Counted from the first letter of the whole stretch, positions 28,908 to 43,118 are shown. The stretch: DNA of 63,097 nucleotides, filler included, from Octopus bimaculoides (GCF_001194135.2; 8 parts of 7 records of this genome joined end to end with filler, not necessarily neighbours in it); one strand, 5' to 3'. Made by a program: numbers and translations. Notes: generated from the sequence alone by a model not told the origin.

Positions 28908-29371
28908 NNNNNNNNNNNNNNNNNNNNNNNNNNNNNNNNNNNNNNNNNNNNNNNNNNNNNNNNNNNNNNNNNNNNNNNNNNNNNNNNNNNNNNTATATAT
29001 ATACATATATGTGTATACATACATACATACATACATAATACGTACATACATAGCTACACGTATCATTATTATACTGACATATACATATATACGCACGTGC
29101 ATGCGTATGTTTCTCTCTCTCATACACACACACACACACACACATATTTACATATAAACATATATCTACAACAAATATGAAATATATATAGCTGTTTGAT
29201 TGATAAAAACAGCGAGGATTTATAATACCGGAAGCTATTACAAATTACAAATCATTAGATGGACACATTTTATTTTCCCATCTGCTTTGGTGCGATTGAG
29301 TGAGACATCAAACACTTTCACCAAAGTGTTTTGTTTCTTTGACTATGATCGTTGTTCCTCTTCTTCATACT

Positions 29372-29445
<74 letters not shown>

Positions 29446-30129
29446 TCTTGTCTGCTTACTCCTGTTTTTCTTCCTTGTTCTTTTGATAATATTTCATTTA
29501 GTTCTGTTGCTGCTGCGGTTGCTTATTGTTGATATAGTTGTTGGTGTTGTTGAATTTGCTGTTGTTGCTGTTGCAGATTTAAAACCAGCTTTCGACTGTG
29601 AATTAATGACAAAACTATAGGAGGTGGGGTGTTTCATTTTATTTTATTTCATTTTTTGTGTGATTTATGCTTGATGGGGGTGTTGTTGGTTCATACTTCC
29701 ATTAATTCTTTCTTTCTTGCTTTCTTACTCTCTTTGGTGGTCAGATTCCTTAGATGATTATTTTTTATATATATTTAATCACATCTGGTAATTTTGTTGT
29801 TGTTTTTCTTAATGGTGTTTATTAATTTTTTCCTTGTTTGTTGATTTGTTACCTTCAAGGTATGCAACTTACTCCGTTTTTACTCAGGTGAAATAACGAT
29901 TGTTTACCTGGATCTTACTGTCTGAAACAGAATATTTCTCACACCTCAGATTATTTTATTACGATTTCTTATTACTATTATTACTGTTGTTGTTCTTGCT
30001 GTTGCTGTTATTTAACCCTCAGGTCAATCCTAATTGAAAATACGTATGATTAAAGGCATTCCTAACGTGACCAACCAAGATTTTTATGAATATGTAGAAC
30101 ATTATTAAATGCGATTATTTTCTCAAAAA

Positions 30130-30775
30130 TATTTTTTTAATCTTTTACTTGTTTCAGTCATTGGACTGCGGCCATGTCGTAGCACCGCCTTCAACGGTTT
30201 AGCCGAGCAAAGCGGCCCTTGTTTTTTAAGTCTAGTACTTATTCTATTGGTCGCTTTTATCGAAGCCCTAAGTCACGGGGACGTAAACAAACCAGCACCG
30301 GTTGTCAAGCGAGGATGAGCTAACAAACACCAAAACATACACACATACACACGCACATGTACACATTTATATGCGCACACACTAACATATGTATATACAG
30401 ACGTATATATACAGCGGGATTCCTCACAGTTTTCGTCTACCAAATTCACTTACAAGTCATTGATCGGTCCGGAGCTATAATAAAAGACACTTGCTCGAGG
30501 TGTCACATTATGAGACTGAACCCGAAACCACCTAATTGCAAAGCCAACTTCTTAACCATGTAGCCATATCTGCACCCATCTTTTATTCTTTCACTTGTTT
30601 CAGTCATTGGACTGCGGTCAAGCTGGAGCACCACCTTGTATTTTTTTTAGTCGAATGAATCAACCCCAGTATTGATTTTTTGAACCAGGTACTCTGCCGA
30701 ACCTCTAAGTTATGGGAACGTAAAGACACCAACACCGGTGGTCAAGCGATGGTGAGAGAACAAGCACAGAACAGT
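30130..30775 (-). mobile_element. SINE family A pieces (tail, head, tail)
   Basis: TTTCAGTCATTGGACTGCGG...GTCAAGCG tails and decayed head. Confidence 0.75.
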
Positions 30776-30809
<34 letters not shown>

Positions 30810-31878
30810 CATATATATACATATANNNNNNNNNNATATTTATATATATATATATATATGTGTGCACACACACACACATATATATTTATATAACTTTGAT
30901 AGGTTTCGGCCATGTCTAACTTAATAGTACCACCTGGTGAAGTCTTTTAGTCATATATGGGGAACCATGGCCCACTCTACCAAAGAGTTATTATTGTTGG
31001 AGACATATCCGGGTGTAGGGGGTTAGTCCAGGATTTTTTGAAGAAATTTGTCCAGTGAACATTTGAATTTTATGGGATCCGTTTCCGTTTTGACGTATTT
31101 TGGTATTGCATTAAAGAGAACTGGACCGGTTGAGGTAAAGTAATTGTGACGTAATATTGCTATGTGTACCGAGTTTGATTTTTGTAGTAGGCCGGATAGC
31201 ATGGGTGGCCCATTTCTTGGATGGATTTTAAAATTGATACGGCTTTGGTCGTCCCGAGGCTACCGTAGATTGAACCCAGAACCATGTGGTTGGGAAGCAA
31301 ACTTCTTACCATACAGCCATGCCTGCACCTATGTACATTTTTTCTTTTATATGTACAATCAGCAGGGTAACTTTTTGAGGTAATTTGTCTGCTATTTCTA
31401 AGAAATCGTTGACCACTTAGAGGGTCTTTTCGTAGAGCATTTATTTTCATGACGTTACTGTACTAACAGTGACACTGATGGTGCCGTGGCTTGAAGAAAC
31501 TTAAAACAAAGCAGCTATACGATACACACAGCACCCACCCTTTCAGAAATTCACCGACTACAAGTAACTCTGGATTTTCATCGTATAGTTCGTGGCCCCA
31601 TCGTAGATACGAAGGGGGTCGTGAGGAAGGTTAATAGCGAAATTAGAATGGAAAACGTGTGTGTCAGTATATAGTGTGTCTGATTATTTAGTGGTTATTG
31701 AAGTATGGTCAGTCTCGAGCAGGGTTCGAAACGGCTAATCAAAGCGGCTGTTGTTTACATCTCAGTTTTATCAATCAAAATAACCCATGGTACCAGAACA
31801 TCCAGACATTATTCGCATAAAATAGTGAGAGGTGAGTCTTAGTTTAACTTTTTGCAACCCTAAAGATTCCACTCGCTC

Positions 31879-32046
31879 ATTCACAGCAAACAAGGCCAGA
31901 CTTTAGATCGTGTAGGTGTATTTTTACCCACTCCGATGTTTACACACGGCCAGTTATACGTCACTATGAGAAGAGCAACGAACTCCAATAATTTGAAAAT
32001 TAGTGTCGATCAAACAGAAAATATCGTCTACAAAGAAGTTTTGTAA
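31879..32046 (+). mobile_element. Second Helitron helicase C-terminal fragment (possible decayed 3' terminus near 32300-32317)
   Basis: Not in the ORF track. Frame from 31879 reads IHSKQGQTLDRVGVFLPTPMFTHGQLYVTMRRATNSNNLKISVDQTENIVYKEVL*. Confidence 0.88.
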
Positions 32047-33320
32047 TCATATTGATATTATAGAAAGGAATAAGATTCATAATTTAAATAAAGGAATTTG
32101 TGAACTTTGACTGAATCAGAGTATAAACAAGCGTAAAATAGTGTGAACAACTAAAATATAAGTATATCTAAATAACATTTTTTCGTTAATACTTTTTATG
32201 TACTTGTCACAGGAAGCTCTGGCTTTTGTTAGGAGTGGTCCACATAGCCATTCATGATACAGAGGCTGAGAGCCTATTTCAGTTCGGGAGTGAATTGTCA
32301 TCGCAGGTTACTTAGTCGCAAACACGTCATATAGCTACAATAGAATGCTGTATCACCAACAATAATGTGATTTCTCTAAGACATCACCCAGTAATCTATC
32401 AAGTTCATTTACACATTTCTCAAAGCATACAGCTCTTATGATTTCCCTCCCTCCTATTATGCATCCATCATAGATGGGTAGATTTGCTAGTGTATATATC
32501 TCCCCTGTATCTTTCTCTTTGTCTCTGATTTTTTAAAAATCCTTCGATCCCGCTGTCTCCTACCCATTTCTCCTCCTTCCACGTGACCAGTGTTCCGCCA
32601 GCCATGATCTTTCTTTCTTGGCCTGACTGCCAACCGTCAACACCTCTTGTGTCCATCTCCCATGTTCCTACCTTTAGGCTTTCACTTCATACGCGCCAGC
32701 TCAATTTGATTCGCTCTCAGTCGAAAAACGCCTGTTGTTATTTCTTGTTGTTTGTATTCGTAATTGTGTACCATGTTCTCCGCTTTTTGTTTATTTGTTT
32801 ATTTTTTCTGTCTTTGTTACCATACACATTCGCTAGCTTTCTTACAAAGGGGTCTAATGCTCTTAGCTTCGACGTTTTGGGAGGCAACCAGGTCGAACCA
32901 TCTCAAGTGTAACTGCCCGAAATGATCGTGACTTCTGGGACTTGACTGATGAAAGAAAGCCAAGAATGACCCGTCTTTTTTTACCTGCCCTTCTAATTGT
33001 TGTTTCTCTTGTCCGCTTATGTATTGTCTATCTGCTCGAACGTTTTAATGCCCTCTATTGCGTTTTTGTTCCATTTATATATATATATTACACATGTGTA
33101 TAGATATTATACATACATACATACACACACACACNNNNNNNNNNNNNNNNNNNNNNNNNNNNNNNNNNNNNNNNNNNNNNNNNNNNNNNNNNNNNNNNNN
33201 NNNNNNNNNNNNNNNNNNNNNNNNNNNNNNNNNNNNNNNNNNNNNNNNNNNNNNNNNNNNNNNNNNNNNNNNNNNNNNNNNNNNNNNNNNNNNNNNNNNN
33301 NNNNNNNNNACACACAGACA

Positions 33321-33420
<100 letters not shown>

Positions 33421-33528
33421 AGCTGTTTATTATAACCACGCATTATTTTGTGAAATGGTTATTTTTAGCTGGAAAGCTCCCGTCCTAAAGTGATCATAAG
33501 TGCCTTCAGACACACACATACTCACATA

Positions 33529-33612
<84 letters not shown>

Positions 33613-33938
33613 CAAACTATATGTCAATGAACTTAATGTGAAAATTCATAAACATACACACATATACACGCATGAACATACGTGTATGCGTGTATGCGTG
33701 TGTATGTGAGAGGGAGAAAGTGTGTGTTTATATGTTTTTGTGTGTGTGTATACATTCGTCTATATATACATTTATACATACATACATACATACGCAGTGT
33801 ACCAATGAACCTAAGACAATTTTAGTGCTGACCTCAATACGACCTGTCTTTTAATTGGATTTGATCCTGAGCACAACTAATTGGGCATCCGGTCACAGTC
33901 GTGTTACGAAGGATGCTGGCACCCAAGGAGTGCTCGGC

Positions 33939-33979
<41 letters not shown>

Positions 33980-34775
33980 CGGGGATGATGATGATGATTT
34001 TGGTGGTGGTGGTGGTGACGATATGGCAGCTGTTTATGTGTGTGTAGAGGAGGGGAGGGGTGGTAATGTGGGTGATTTCTTGTCATTTATACGTGTGTGT
34101 GTGTGTGTGTGTGTGATGTTGNNNNNNNNNNNNNNNNNNNNNNNNNNNNNNNNNNNNNNNNNNNNNNNNNNNNNNNNNNNNNNNNNNNNNNNNNNNNNNN
34201 NNNNNNNNNNNNNNNNNNNNNNNNNNNNNNNNNNNNNNNNNNNNNNNNNNNNNNNNNNNNNNNNNNNNNNNNNNNNNNNNNNNNNNNNNNNNNNNNNNNN
34301 NNNNNNNNNNNNNNNNNNNNNNNNNNNNNNNNNNNNNNNNNNNNNNNNNNNNNNGTGGTGGTGGTGGTGGTGGTGGTGGTGGTGGTAGTGGTGGTGGTAG
34401 TGATAGCAATAGTGATGGTAGCTTTTTTATAAATGGAGATAATACCAGCGGTAGAGGTGGTGGTGACGTTCACACACACACACACACACACATACATACA
34501 TACACATACACACACATAAGAAAAACAGTGATGGTTGTTGACTCAGGATAACAAGATCGTGGATTCGAACCTAGGATTGCGTGCTGTAGTGTTGCTGAGC
34601 AAAACACTCCGTTTCATGTAATACCAGTCCACACACCTGTAAATGACTAATCTCCGCATCGGACTAAGTGTTTATTCTGAGAGTATGTCGTTATCTCGGT
34701 CACTCTATCCCCCACCCCCACCCTGGAGACAGAATAACCGGCCTATAAGTGCTCAGAATCGAGACAGTACATCGT

Positions 34776-34819
<44 letters not shown>

Positions 34820-34844
34820 ATACACACACACACGCGAGTACATA

Positions 34845-35049
34845 CATGGTGGGCCAAAAATCACGCACCGACACATTGACATTTTATCTATATTAGGTGA
34901 TTATCATTCATTTTGTTCAACATGGTCAAGTACGCCAGCATTCATCATTATTTTGTTTATCGTATTCATTTTCAGGAAACCTGAAGCATGTCTTTGACAA
35001 TTCCGGAGCGTATTGAACTTATTTTGTGTGTGACGTTTGGCCCACCATG
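34845..35049 (+). mobile_element. Tc1/mariner-superfamily MITE (internal-deletion derivative), 205 bp
   Basis: TIR CATGGTGGGCCAAA / TTTGGCCCACCATG flanked by TA; internal ATG TCT TTG ACA ATT CCG GAG CGT ATT GAA CTT ATT TTG (MSLTIPERIELIL). Confidence 0.8.
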
Positions 35050-35725
35050 TATATATATATATATGTATATAGTAAATAATATAATTTAAAGAAGAAACAA
35101 AAATTAGATAATTATCTTGTATTTATGACATACATTAGTACAACAAATACATTATGACATTCAGAACATATTAAAAGTATTATTTAAGAATATAATAGAA
35201 ATAAGAAATATATGAAATAAGAATATACATGAAGATATAAGCAAGAATAAATTCGAAATGTGGAGTGATATGGCGAATATAAGAAGACCTTATTGAAAAT
35301 TAAAAATTAAAAATTAAAAGTTAGAAACTGCATTGACGGTAGTGAGAAACCTTAATGAGGAATTTAAATGTCAGGACAAATGGACTCCGGAAACGGACGT
35401 AGAAATATCTCTTACCTGTTATTATATAATCCGCTATATATTTTTTTAGAACTCTTAAAACAAATATATATTTTCATATAAAAGTATTACTGTAAAAATA
35501 TGTGCATGTCTTCATAGAGTAAGCTTTACATCAGGCTACACACAAACGAAAGAAAACAGAGAATCATATTTTACTGACCGGTTTGTGCTGTCATCAGCTT
35601 GTCAAAGTTTAAAGCGTGTTCTACAATAAATTTTTAGTCGATACAGATGTATGTATGAACATATGTGTGTGAGTATGTGTGTATGTAAGTAAATATATAT
35701 ATATGCATATGTGCAATAACATTGT

Positions 35726-35789
<64 letters not shown>

Positions 35790-36821
35790 CATACACACAC
35801 ACACATACATATATATATGTATGTATGTATTATACATGTGCATATATACATATATATGTGTGTGTCATATGGAAAGCAAAATAATTGGTGCGTTGATAAA
35901 AATACCTTGGAATATTCCAGTTTTCATTGCTTGCCTCCCATTACGCTCGTTAAGATTAACGTACGTTCTTCCTAAAGTTCATAAAATAAATACCAAAAGT
36001 AGTAAGATCGATCTAATGTTAGAAACCCTTAAAATAGTTTTAAAAATCAGACGCACGCATGCGCACACACACATACATGCATGCATACATATAAATGAGT
36101 AGCATAAGATAGGGATTTAGAGAATCGTTCTACGGGTATGAGCGCGCGTGTGTGTGTGTGTGTGTGTGTGTGCGTGCGCGCGCGCGCGCGTAGTTTATAC
36201 TCATATATATGTTTATGTGCTTCTGTAGATATCCTTCTACGTATATGTGTGCATGTTTTGTTTTTCGTTTTACTCCAGTTCATTGTGTTGGAAAGTATAT
36301 TTGGTGTGTGGTTGGAATGTGTGAGTCAAATTGAACAGTACTTCTTGGATTTACATAATCTGTCATTCATCTATGATTTGTGTGGAATCTTCAAATCTCC
36401 AGCTGTTTCCTCCCCCACTTATCCTTCTATATAGTTACTTTGGCTAAAAATTCATTTACATTATTTGCTTATATTTTATATGCATTTTTACGCTATTCAT
36501 TTTTTAACTTTACTTTTACATCCTCTTCTCATTTCTTGTTTCTATTTTTTTCTATTTACATTAGGTTTGTCTGTTCCTTAAAATTCTATCTAGAACTTAA
36601 ACTTAATTGATATGAAACCATCTCCCTTTACTTTTACTGGCTAAATCAATCCACTTCTGTCTAGCTTCGGACTTTCATATATTGTATATATATATAAAGA
36701 AGAAATTTTGTGTATATATTTAGAGTTGAATTGTTGGTGTAACCTAATATTCCGGCGATCAGATGAGCTATATTCATTTGCATTAATTTGCAAATATACC
36801 ATTGTACTGTTTAATGCTGAG

Positions 36822-36886
<65 letters not shown>

Positions 36887-37429
36887 GTATATATATATAA
36901 GCACAAAAGTGGTTATAGGCGCAGGAGTGGCAAACATTACACGCTGGATATTGTTGTTGGGGCACAGATGAAAATGCACGTACCGTCATAGAGGTCAGAT
37001 GCTCTGCTAATGTGAATAACTTTTTGAAAATAAAAGAGAAAACGATAACTGCTTTGAAACCTCCAGCTTCTATGCTCATATTATATAGTCATATTTATAG
37101 CAACAAGAATTGGTGCATTTGGTTTTGTTAGTAAATACCTAAGTGACAATTTAGAAAAGCTAGTGTTTTCAGGAAAAAAAATCAACTAGCTAACACGTAC
37201 ATTACAAATACAATCTATAGGCGACACAGTAAAAGGACATTTCCCGATTTCAACGTGTTACATTGCTTTTGGTATCTAGATTCTAATGATAGTGCTTTAT
37301 ACATTTGTTATTAACCAGTTCCTTCTCTATAGGAAGACTTCAAATAATTAAACACAGAAGAGAATCTGCATACATACATACGCACGTACGCACACACACA
37401 CACACACACACACACTTACACACACACGA

Positions 37430-37775
37430 ATGTGATTAGAAAGATGCAAGAGAAAGAGGACATCTATGGATCATTGATAAGGAGTTTGCAAATCCCAAGA
37501 TACACTTTCAGCTTCACACCTATAATGGAGCAACAGGATACATACCAACCAGTCTGGAGCAAAATATGACTGTATTTGGGAGCTTGATGAGAGAATGCAA
37601 ATCCTTAATTTATATGCTACAAATGATCGCTATATCTAGGGTAATAAAAATCTGCAAGACCATCTTAAGAGTTAAAGTGTGATGGTTAAAACAAGATACT
37701 TTCCTTCACAACCTTGTTACCAAGTAGGTGACAAGTCAAAATTTACTCTAAAATTTAAAAGAGAAAGAGAACATG
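37430..37775 (+). mobile_element. 5'-truncated RLE-type retroelement 3' end (copy 1, more diverged)
   Basis: KMQEKEDIYGSLIRSLQI-PRYTFSFTPI...KICKTIL aligns by eye with the adjacent copy; preceded by (CA)n and followed by (ACAT)n. Confidence 0.6.
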
Positions 37776-37809
37776 CATACATACATACATACATACATAC
37801 ATACATACA

Positions 37810-37838
<29 letters not shown>

Positions 37839-37840
<2 letters not shown>

Positions 37841-38391
37841 TTTTGTAATTTGGGATAGAGAAGAGAAAGTGTGTACAGTTGTAGAAATCAGCTGCCTAGC
37901 GGATGGACGTTAACATAAGCTAAGAAGATCAACGAAAAAGAAAATATCTACGCTGAACTATTGAGGAATCTATAACTACTCTATCCAGACTACATGTTCA
38001 GGTTTATATTTGTAATTGTTGGGGCACTAGGATATGTAACACATTGCCTAAATAGCAGTCTGGAGAAATTAAGCTTCTCAAAACCAGAAAGGAGAAAGCT
38101 GTTTCAAAGATCTGTAGATCCAAGCCATCATTAGAACTGTAAAAATCTGCAAAACTTTCCAGAAGTTTATCAGTTAAGTATATATGAGCATGTCTAGACA
38201 TGCAACTACATGCATGAAAACATGCATAAAACAAAACATACAAATCTGCACATATACATACAAATCTGCACATATACATACAAAAATACCCTGTTGATGT
38301 TGTTGAAATTCCAATGAAGGAGCCTTGGATCTAGGCTAGAAACTAGCGCTTTCTCTATTGGTAAGAGATCTTGAAATAAAACTGAATAATG
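37839..38391 (+). mobile_element. 5'-truncated RLE-type (R4/Dong/NeSL group) retroelement 3' end (copy 2) with 3' UTR
   Basis: VIWDREEKVCTVVEISCLAD...KINEKENIYAELLRNL*LLYPDYMFRFIFVIVGALGYVTHCLNSSLEKL...IKICKTFQKFIS* (stop 38175-38177). AATAAA near 38375; flanked on both sides by (ACAT)n. Confidence 0.8.
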
Positions 38392-38875
38392 ACATACATA
38401 CATACAAACATATTCATTTGTATTCAATAAAGCAGAAAATGTTATTCTTCAAAAGCAAGCTCACTCATAGCTTTCGTAGCGACCACATCCACCTCTTATA
38501 TAAGACATGTTGCTGTTGGTTTTCTTAGTTAATCCCCATCACACACACACATACACAATCAGCCTAATTAAATAGACCTCTGACCATTCCAGTCAGGAAC
38601 ATCTCAGTTTTATTTTCCAGGAATAGTTTATCTTGGGCTACATTATTTAATGTGTTTCTGCTTAAGATCTGATTTGGCCACCACCGTTGAGGGTATCTAC
38701 TTAACTTCAGATTAGACATATTAACACAGTTGCTGAACGATGAATTTTCGTCGGTGCAAGAAGCAAAAACAGATGCACATCTGCCTTTGATGCATTTGTG
38801 CGTGTGTTCTATGTGCAGTTTTATTTTGGCATTAGGAGTGGAGATGAAAAAGTAGTTTTGCGTATGTCTTAGTTC

Positions 38876-38877
<2 letters not shown>

Positions 38878-38924
<47 letters not shown>

Positions 38925-39095
38925 CACATAGAAATAGAGGTATGGATTGTGAAATGTGAACTACTGCGTATGTATGCAATGTATACATATGTATGTGTTT
39001 ATGTATGTATGTATGTATGTGCGTATATGTATGTATGCATGTATGTATGTATGTGCGTATATGTATGTATGCATGTATGTGTGTACATATGTGCG

Positions 39096-39133
<38 letters not shown>

Positions 39134-39960
39134 TGCATGTGTATGTATATATACATGTATGTACGCATGTGTGTATATATGTATGCGTATGTATGTACAA
39201 ATGTTTGTTCATGTATGTATATGTATGTATATATACATGTATGTACGCATGTGTGTATAAATGTATGCGTATGTATGTACAAATGTGTGAGTATGTATGT
39301 ATATATGTACGTATGTGTGTATATATGTGTATGTGTATGTGAATGTATGTATGTATGTATGTATGTATGTATGTATGTATGTGTGTCCGTATGTCTGGAT
39401 GTGTGTACATATGTGTGTGGATATATGTGAGTATATATGCGTATGGGCTTGAAAGTTTCAGGTTGTACATTTGCAATGTATGTAGTATACAGATAAACAT
39501 AGATTTCTGTGTGTGTGTTCATGTGTGCGTGCGTGAACGTATTTGTGTGTGTGCGTTAGTGTGCGTGCACGCACGTATGTGAGTGCGTGTGTGTGTGTGT
39601 GTGTGTGTATGAACGTAAACTGGTTTGTTTTAGCTGACATGCCTAAGGCTACGAGTGTGAGTGAGTGCATGTGCGTGTGTGCTTGTTTTTATAATCCGTG
39701 TATATTTGTGTGTGCATGTGTGAGTGTATATTTGTGTGCGTGTATGTGTGAGTGCATGCGCGCGCGCGGGTATAAGGTAAACTTTCTTCCATGCTAAAAC
39801 ATAACTATAGATGTGTATTCGTCTGTTCATGCGTTTGTACTTGCCTTTTGAACGTGTGTGTGTGTGTGTGTGCGTCTGAGAGTGTGTGTGTCTGTGTCTG
39901 TATATCCATTTGTATGTATATGAATGTGTGTGTGTCTGTATATGCAATTGTATGTANNNN
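38878..39960. repeat. Long compound (GT)n/(TATG)n/(TA)n microsatellite field, representative of dozens in the window
   Basis: Directly visible; explains the overlapping low-complexity ORFs. Confidence 0.95.
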
Positions 39961-40755
39961 NNNNNNNNNNNNNNNNNNNNNNNNNNNNNNNNNNNNNNNN
40001 TTAATTAATTAANNNNNNNNNNNNNNNNNNNNNNNNNNNNNNNNNNNNNNNNNNNNCAAGGACACAGAAAATGTGTCAAGTCCAACAGGAAACAGTGGTT
40101 TTCTTCCCTTTCGTGCGATTGCTACATTAAGTTGACAACATACTATCACTTTATCGTGTTGCTACTGCATAAATCACTCTGAGATATTCAGAAATATATT
40201 AATTTTTCGTATTTGATACTCGCTGGTGATTTAACTTCTGATTGTAGTGCATCAGTATTTAGGTAATAGTACAATGTTTGAGGGTAACGTGTACCGATTT
40301 TGAAATATGTCAATTAATCTTGTGGTGGGGTCACGAGGTTGTATAAATACAGATTAAAAAATAGGTCGTGACAGGATTACTACTTACATTCCTGTCGAAA
40401 ATGATGGAATCATCATATACATCTATGATATTACTTCAAGTGGGGTTTGTTAATATTTAAGAGAGAACACAAAATACAGTTAAACGAAATATTGTTTCAT
40501 TTCCACATTTTAGATTTATGAACTGTTCCTTATACAACGTTTTCTAGAATTATTCGCTCATCTTTGCATTGTTCTATTAGCATAATTCTCATATTCTCTG
40601 TTAACTAGCAGGGAAGAGTATTTTAACGATTTATATGACTAGGATAAAATATTATCAAACAGAATTTAAAATGTCTATATTGTTTTATGATATATTATGT
40701 CTTGTAATTGGTCAACATAAGTTTTCATAGAGAAGTAAATTCAACTATATTCCGT

Positions 40756-41172
40756 TCAATATTTACTGCACACAACGCAGCTTAATTCTCGACCATTGAC
40801 ATACGGTGGACATGGCAATGAACCACAAATTCCCTCCACGAAATATAATAAAGCTCCATTTTCGTTTCTGTAACCTGCTGGATCAGCTTCTGGTGCATGG
40901 TCCACACACACATATTCAATTCTGCCCTTATGTCCATGATGCCCGGTCATCAAATATCCTGAATATTCAGTTGACCAACCAGGGTAACACTGTGTCCTGG
41001 CTGGTAACATCATAACAACAGCAGGTTGTCGTGTCAAACAGACAGCACACGGAACGTTGTGTTCATCAATTGATTCAGCGTTAGCAAAAGGAAAAAATTT
41101 TTGCCTAGTGCTATGATTTATTTTATATTCACTTCCATATATGAGACCATATCTTTCAACTGCTGTAGTATA
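40756..41172 (-). CDS. 3' coding part of a spongin short-chain collagen (SSCC)-related / 'short-chain collagen C4-like' NC1-domain protein; 5' part lost in the gap 41175-41274
   Basis: Stop-free 138-aa frame ending in TGA: YTTAVERYGLIYGSEY...HNVPCAVC...MMLPARTQCYPGWSTEYSGYLMTGHHGHKGRIEYVCVD...NENGALLYFVEGICGSLPCPPYVNGRELSCVVCSKY. The GSEY, PCAVC, CxxGWxxEYxGYL, YxCVD and CGSLPCPPY...ELxCVVCS motifs match this invertebrate family as I know it. Confidence 0.88.
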   Translation of the reverse strand, partial: YTTAVERYGLIYGSEYKINHSTRQKFFPFANAESIDEHNVPCAVCLTRQPAVVMMLPARTQCYPGWSTEYSGYLMTGHHGHKGRIEYVCVDHAPEADPAGYRNENGALLYFVEGICGSLPCPPYVNGRELSCVVCSKY

Positions 41173-41274
41173 ATNNNNNNNNNNNNNNNNNNNNNNNNNN
41201 NNNNNNNNNNNNNNNNNNNNNNNNNNNNNNNNNNNNNNNNNNNNNNNNNNNNNNNNNNNNNNNNNNNNNNNNNN

Positions 41275-41680
41275 GCAGCCGAAGCGACTCGAAACATACA
41301 CTCAGTTTATGGGAAAGAATGCTTAGATGAAAGAACTTCCAGAAGATGGTTTGCAAAATTCTGAAGTGGAAATTTCAGCCTTGAAGATGAAGATCGAACA
41401 GGACGTCCAGTTTCGTTTGATGATAAGCCCCTTCAGATATCAATTGAAGAAAATCCTGCATTTTGATTTGGAGAATTAACGATAAATCTTAGTTAAAACC
41501 ATACAACTGTTCATTGCCATCTTCAACAACTTGGAAAGGTTCCTACAGTTGGGAAATGTGTGACTCATGAATTGAGCGAGAGCAACCGCAAATCCCGAGT
41601 TCACATCTGCTCTTCTCGCCATTCTCGCGAACTCATTTCACCCTTTTTGGATAGACTTGTGACTGGTGACGAAAAATGGA
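41275..41680 (+). mobile_element. Decayed mariner (DD34D) transposase fragment: HTH through first catalytic Asp
   Basis: AAEATRNIHSVYGKECLDERTSRRWFAKF*SGNFSLEDEDRTGRP...HLQQLGKV...GKCVTHELSE (WVPHEL-like)...FLDRLVTGDEKW, with in-frame stops. Confidence 0.9.
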
Positions 41681-43118
41681 CAAAAACGGTTTCTTTTCAA
41701 TGGTGTAATGTTTTCATTAATCAAAGTAGTCGTTAGACACGGTCGTAATAAATTGACACGAAGTTTGCTTCCCAACCACATGGTTGTGAGTTCAGTCCCA
41801 ATGTGTTGCACCTTAGGCAAGTGTCTTCTACTATTGCCTCCAGCCGACCAACGCCTTGTGAGTAAATTTGGTAGACGGAAACTCAAGGCTGGCGCGGTTG
41901 AATGAACTTATCTACTGAAAGATCCAAAGTAATGTTCTCACATTTCATCTGTCGAATGGCAGAATGGCCAGGAGTTGTTTCTATGTAGCCCAGTGGCTGA
42001 ATAATTACGTTCTCTATCTGTGCATGCAGTCAGTAGATATCAAATTTAGCTATTAAATATTCCATTTTCTAATCATTCAACACTTATCTATATGTAGAAT
42101 CTTCCGGTTATGTCGAGGATGCATCGAAACAGTTACTTCTTTATAAAAGCAATATGGCTGTCAAGTTTTGTGGAAACGGGCGTGTCCGAACATGTACGTA
42201 CATTCCAGCAAGGAAACTTAAGATTTGATTGCTTCATACATGCCATTTTCTAATGTTATGTCGTGGGTTTATACGTTTAGTATATAATGGTATTAAACAA
42301 ATAAATAGATGGTTGTAGTTATCTAAAATATCCTTTTGCTGAAATAAGGATTAAAACCGAACGCACTCTGTGCTACTCGAACGTAGGTACAATACTCAGC
42401 ATTCACTTTTCAATAAACGACTGTTAAACCAAGACACGTCGAAATAACACGGTAAATTAATACGATCGAACTAACACCGTCAACTATCTCTGACTGATCA
42501 CTCAGTTCCTGTTCATTGCATTCGGTTAGTCCACCTTCAGTCACGTGATGGAGGACCAGCATTCTCTCATAACACTTCCCCTTTTCTAGAATCAAACTCC
42601 GCTGGTAGTTTAATATTTCTTGCATTTACGGTCTATTTTAAATACTTTTGTTCGTTTACTTTTTCTCGAACTTGAACGTGTAATTACCACGAATGGTTTA
42701 GGTGTTGGTACATCAAACGTACCATAAAAGTTTTCCATCGGAATTTCCTTTCTTGTAACTGCTTCCTCAGTAAACCTCATTTATTAAGTCGGTTCATAAG
42801 TCTTTTATGTTCATATTGGGAAATAACACTTTACTAATATGTTTAGCAATCACTCCGTCTTCCCACATTTCCTTGCATTGAAAAATTTTGTATTATATTT
42901 GTTAGTATGTTATCAACTTTAAGTGACAGTCCAATGAAAGGGAAGAATTCTACTGTTATTTAGTCCTAGGTCATACTATCACTTCATCGTGCTGCTACTA
43001 CATAAATGTCTCTGAGATATTTAGAAATATATTATTTCTATTCGCAAAAATCAGTGAATGTATTTCACTTGAAATATATATGTTTTCAAAGGCGGATGGG
43101 CATCGAAAGCTATGCTAC

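Noticed and set aside
32860-32960. Decayed hammerhead or PLE-like pieces (GAAATGATCGTG, CTGATGAAAG)
   Set aside because: No consistent helices; PLE origin of 32460-32960 is unproven.
35572-35602. Minus-strand CTGATGA CAGCAC AAACCGGTC
   Set aside because: Helix II 3' strand and G12 missing; at best a deleted remnant.
42150-42255. Minus-strand LKFPCWNVRT resembling an APE endonuclease start
   Set aside because: Five-residue match with no downstream endonuclease motifs.
42410-42625. Minus-strand 71-aa ORF as a possible 5' exon of the SSCC gene
   Set aside because: No signal peptide, collagen repeat or strong donor.
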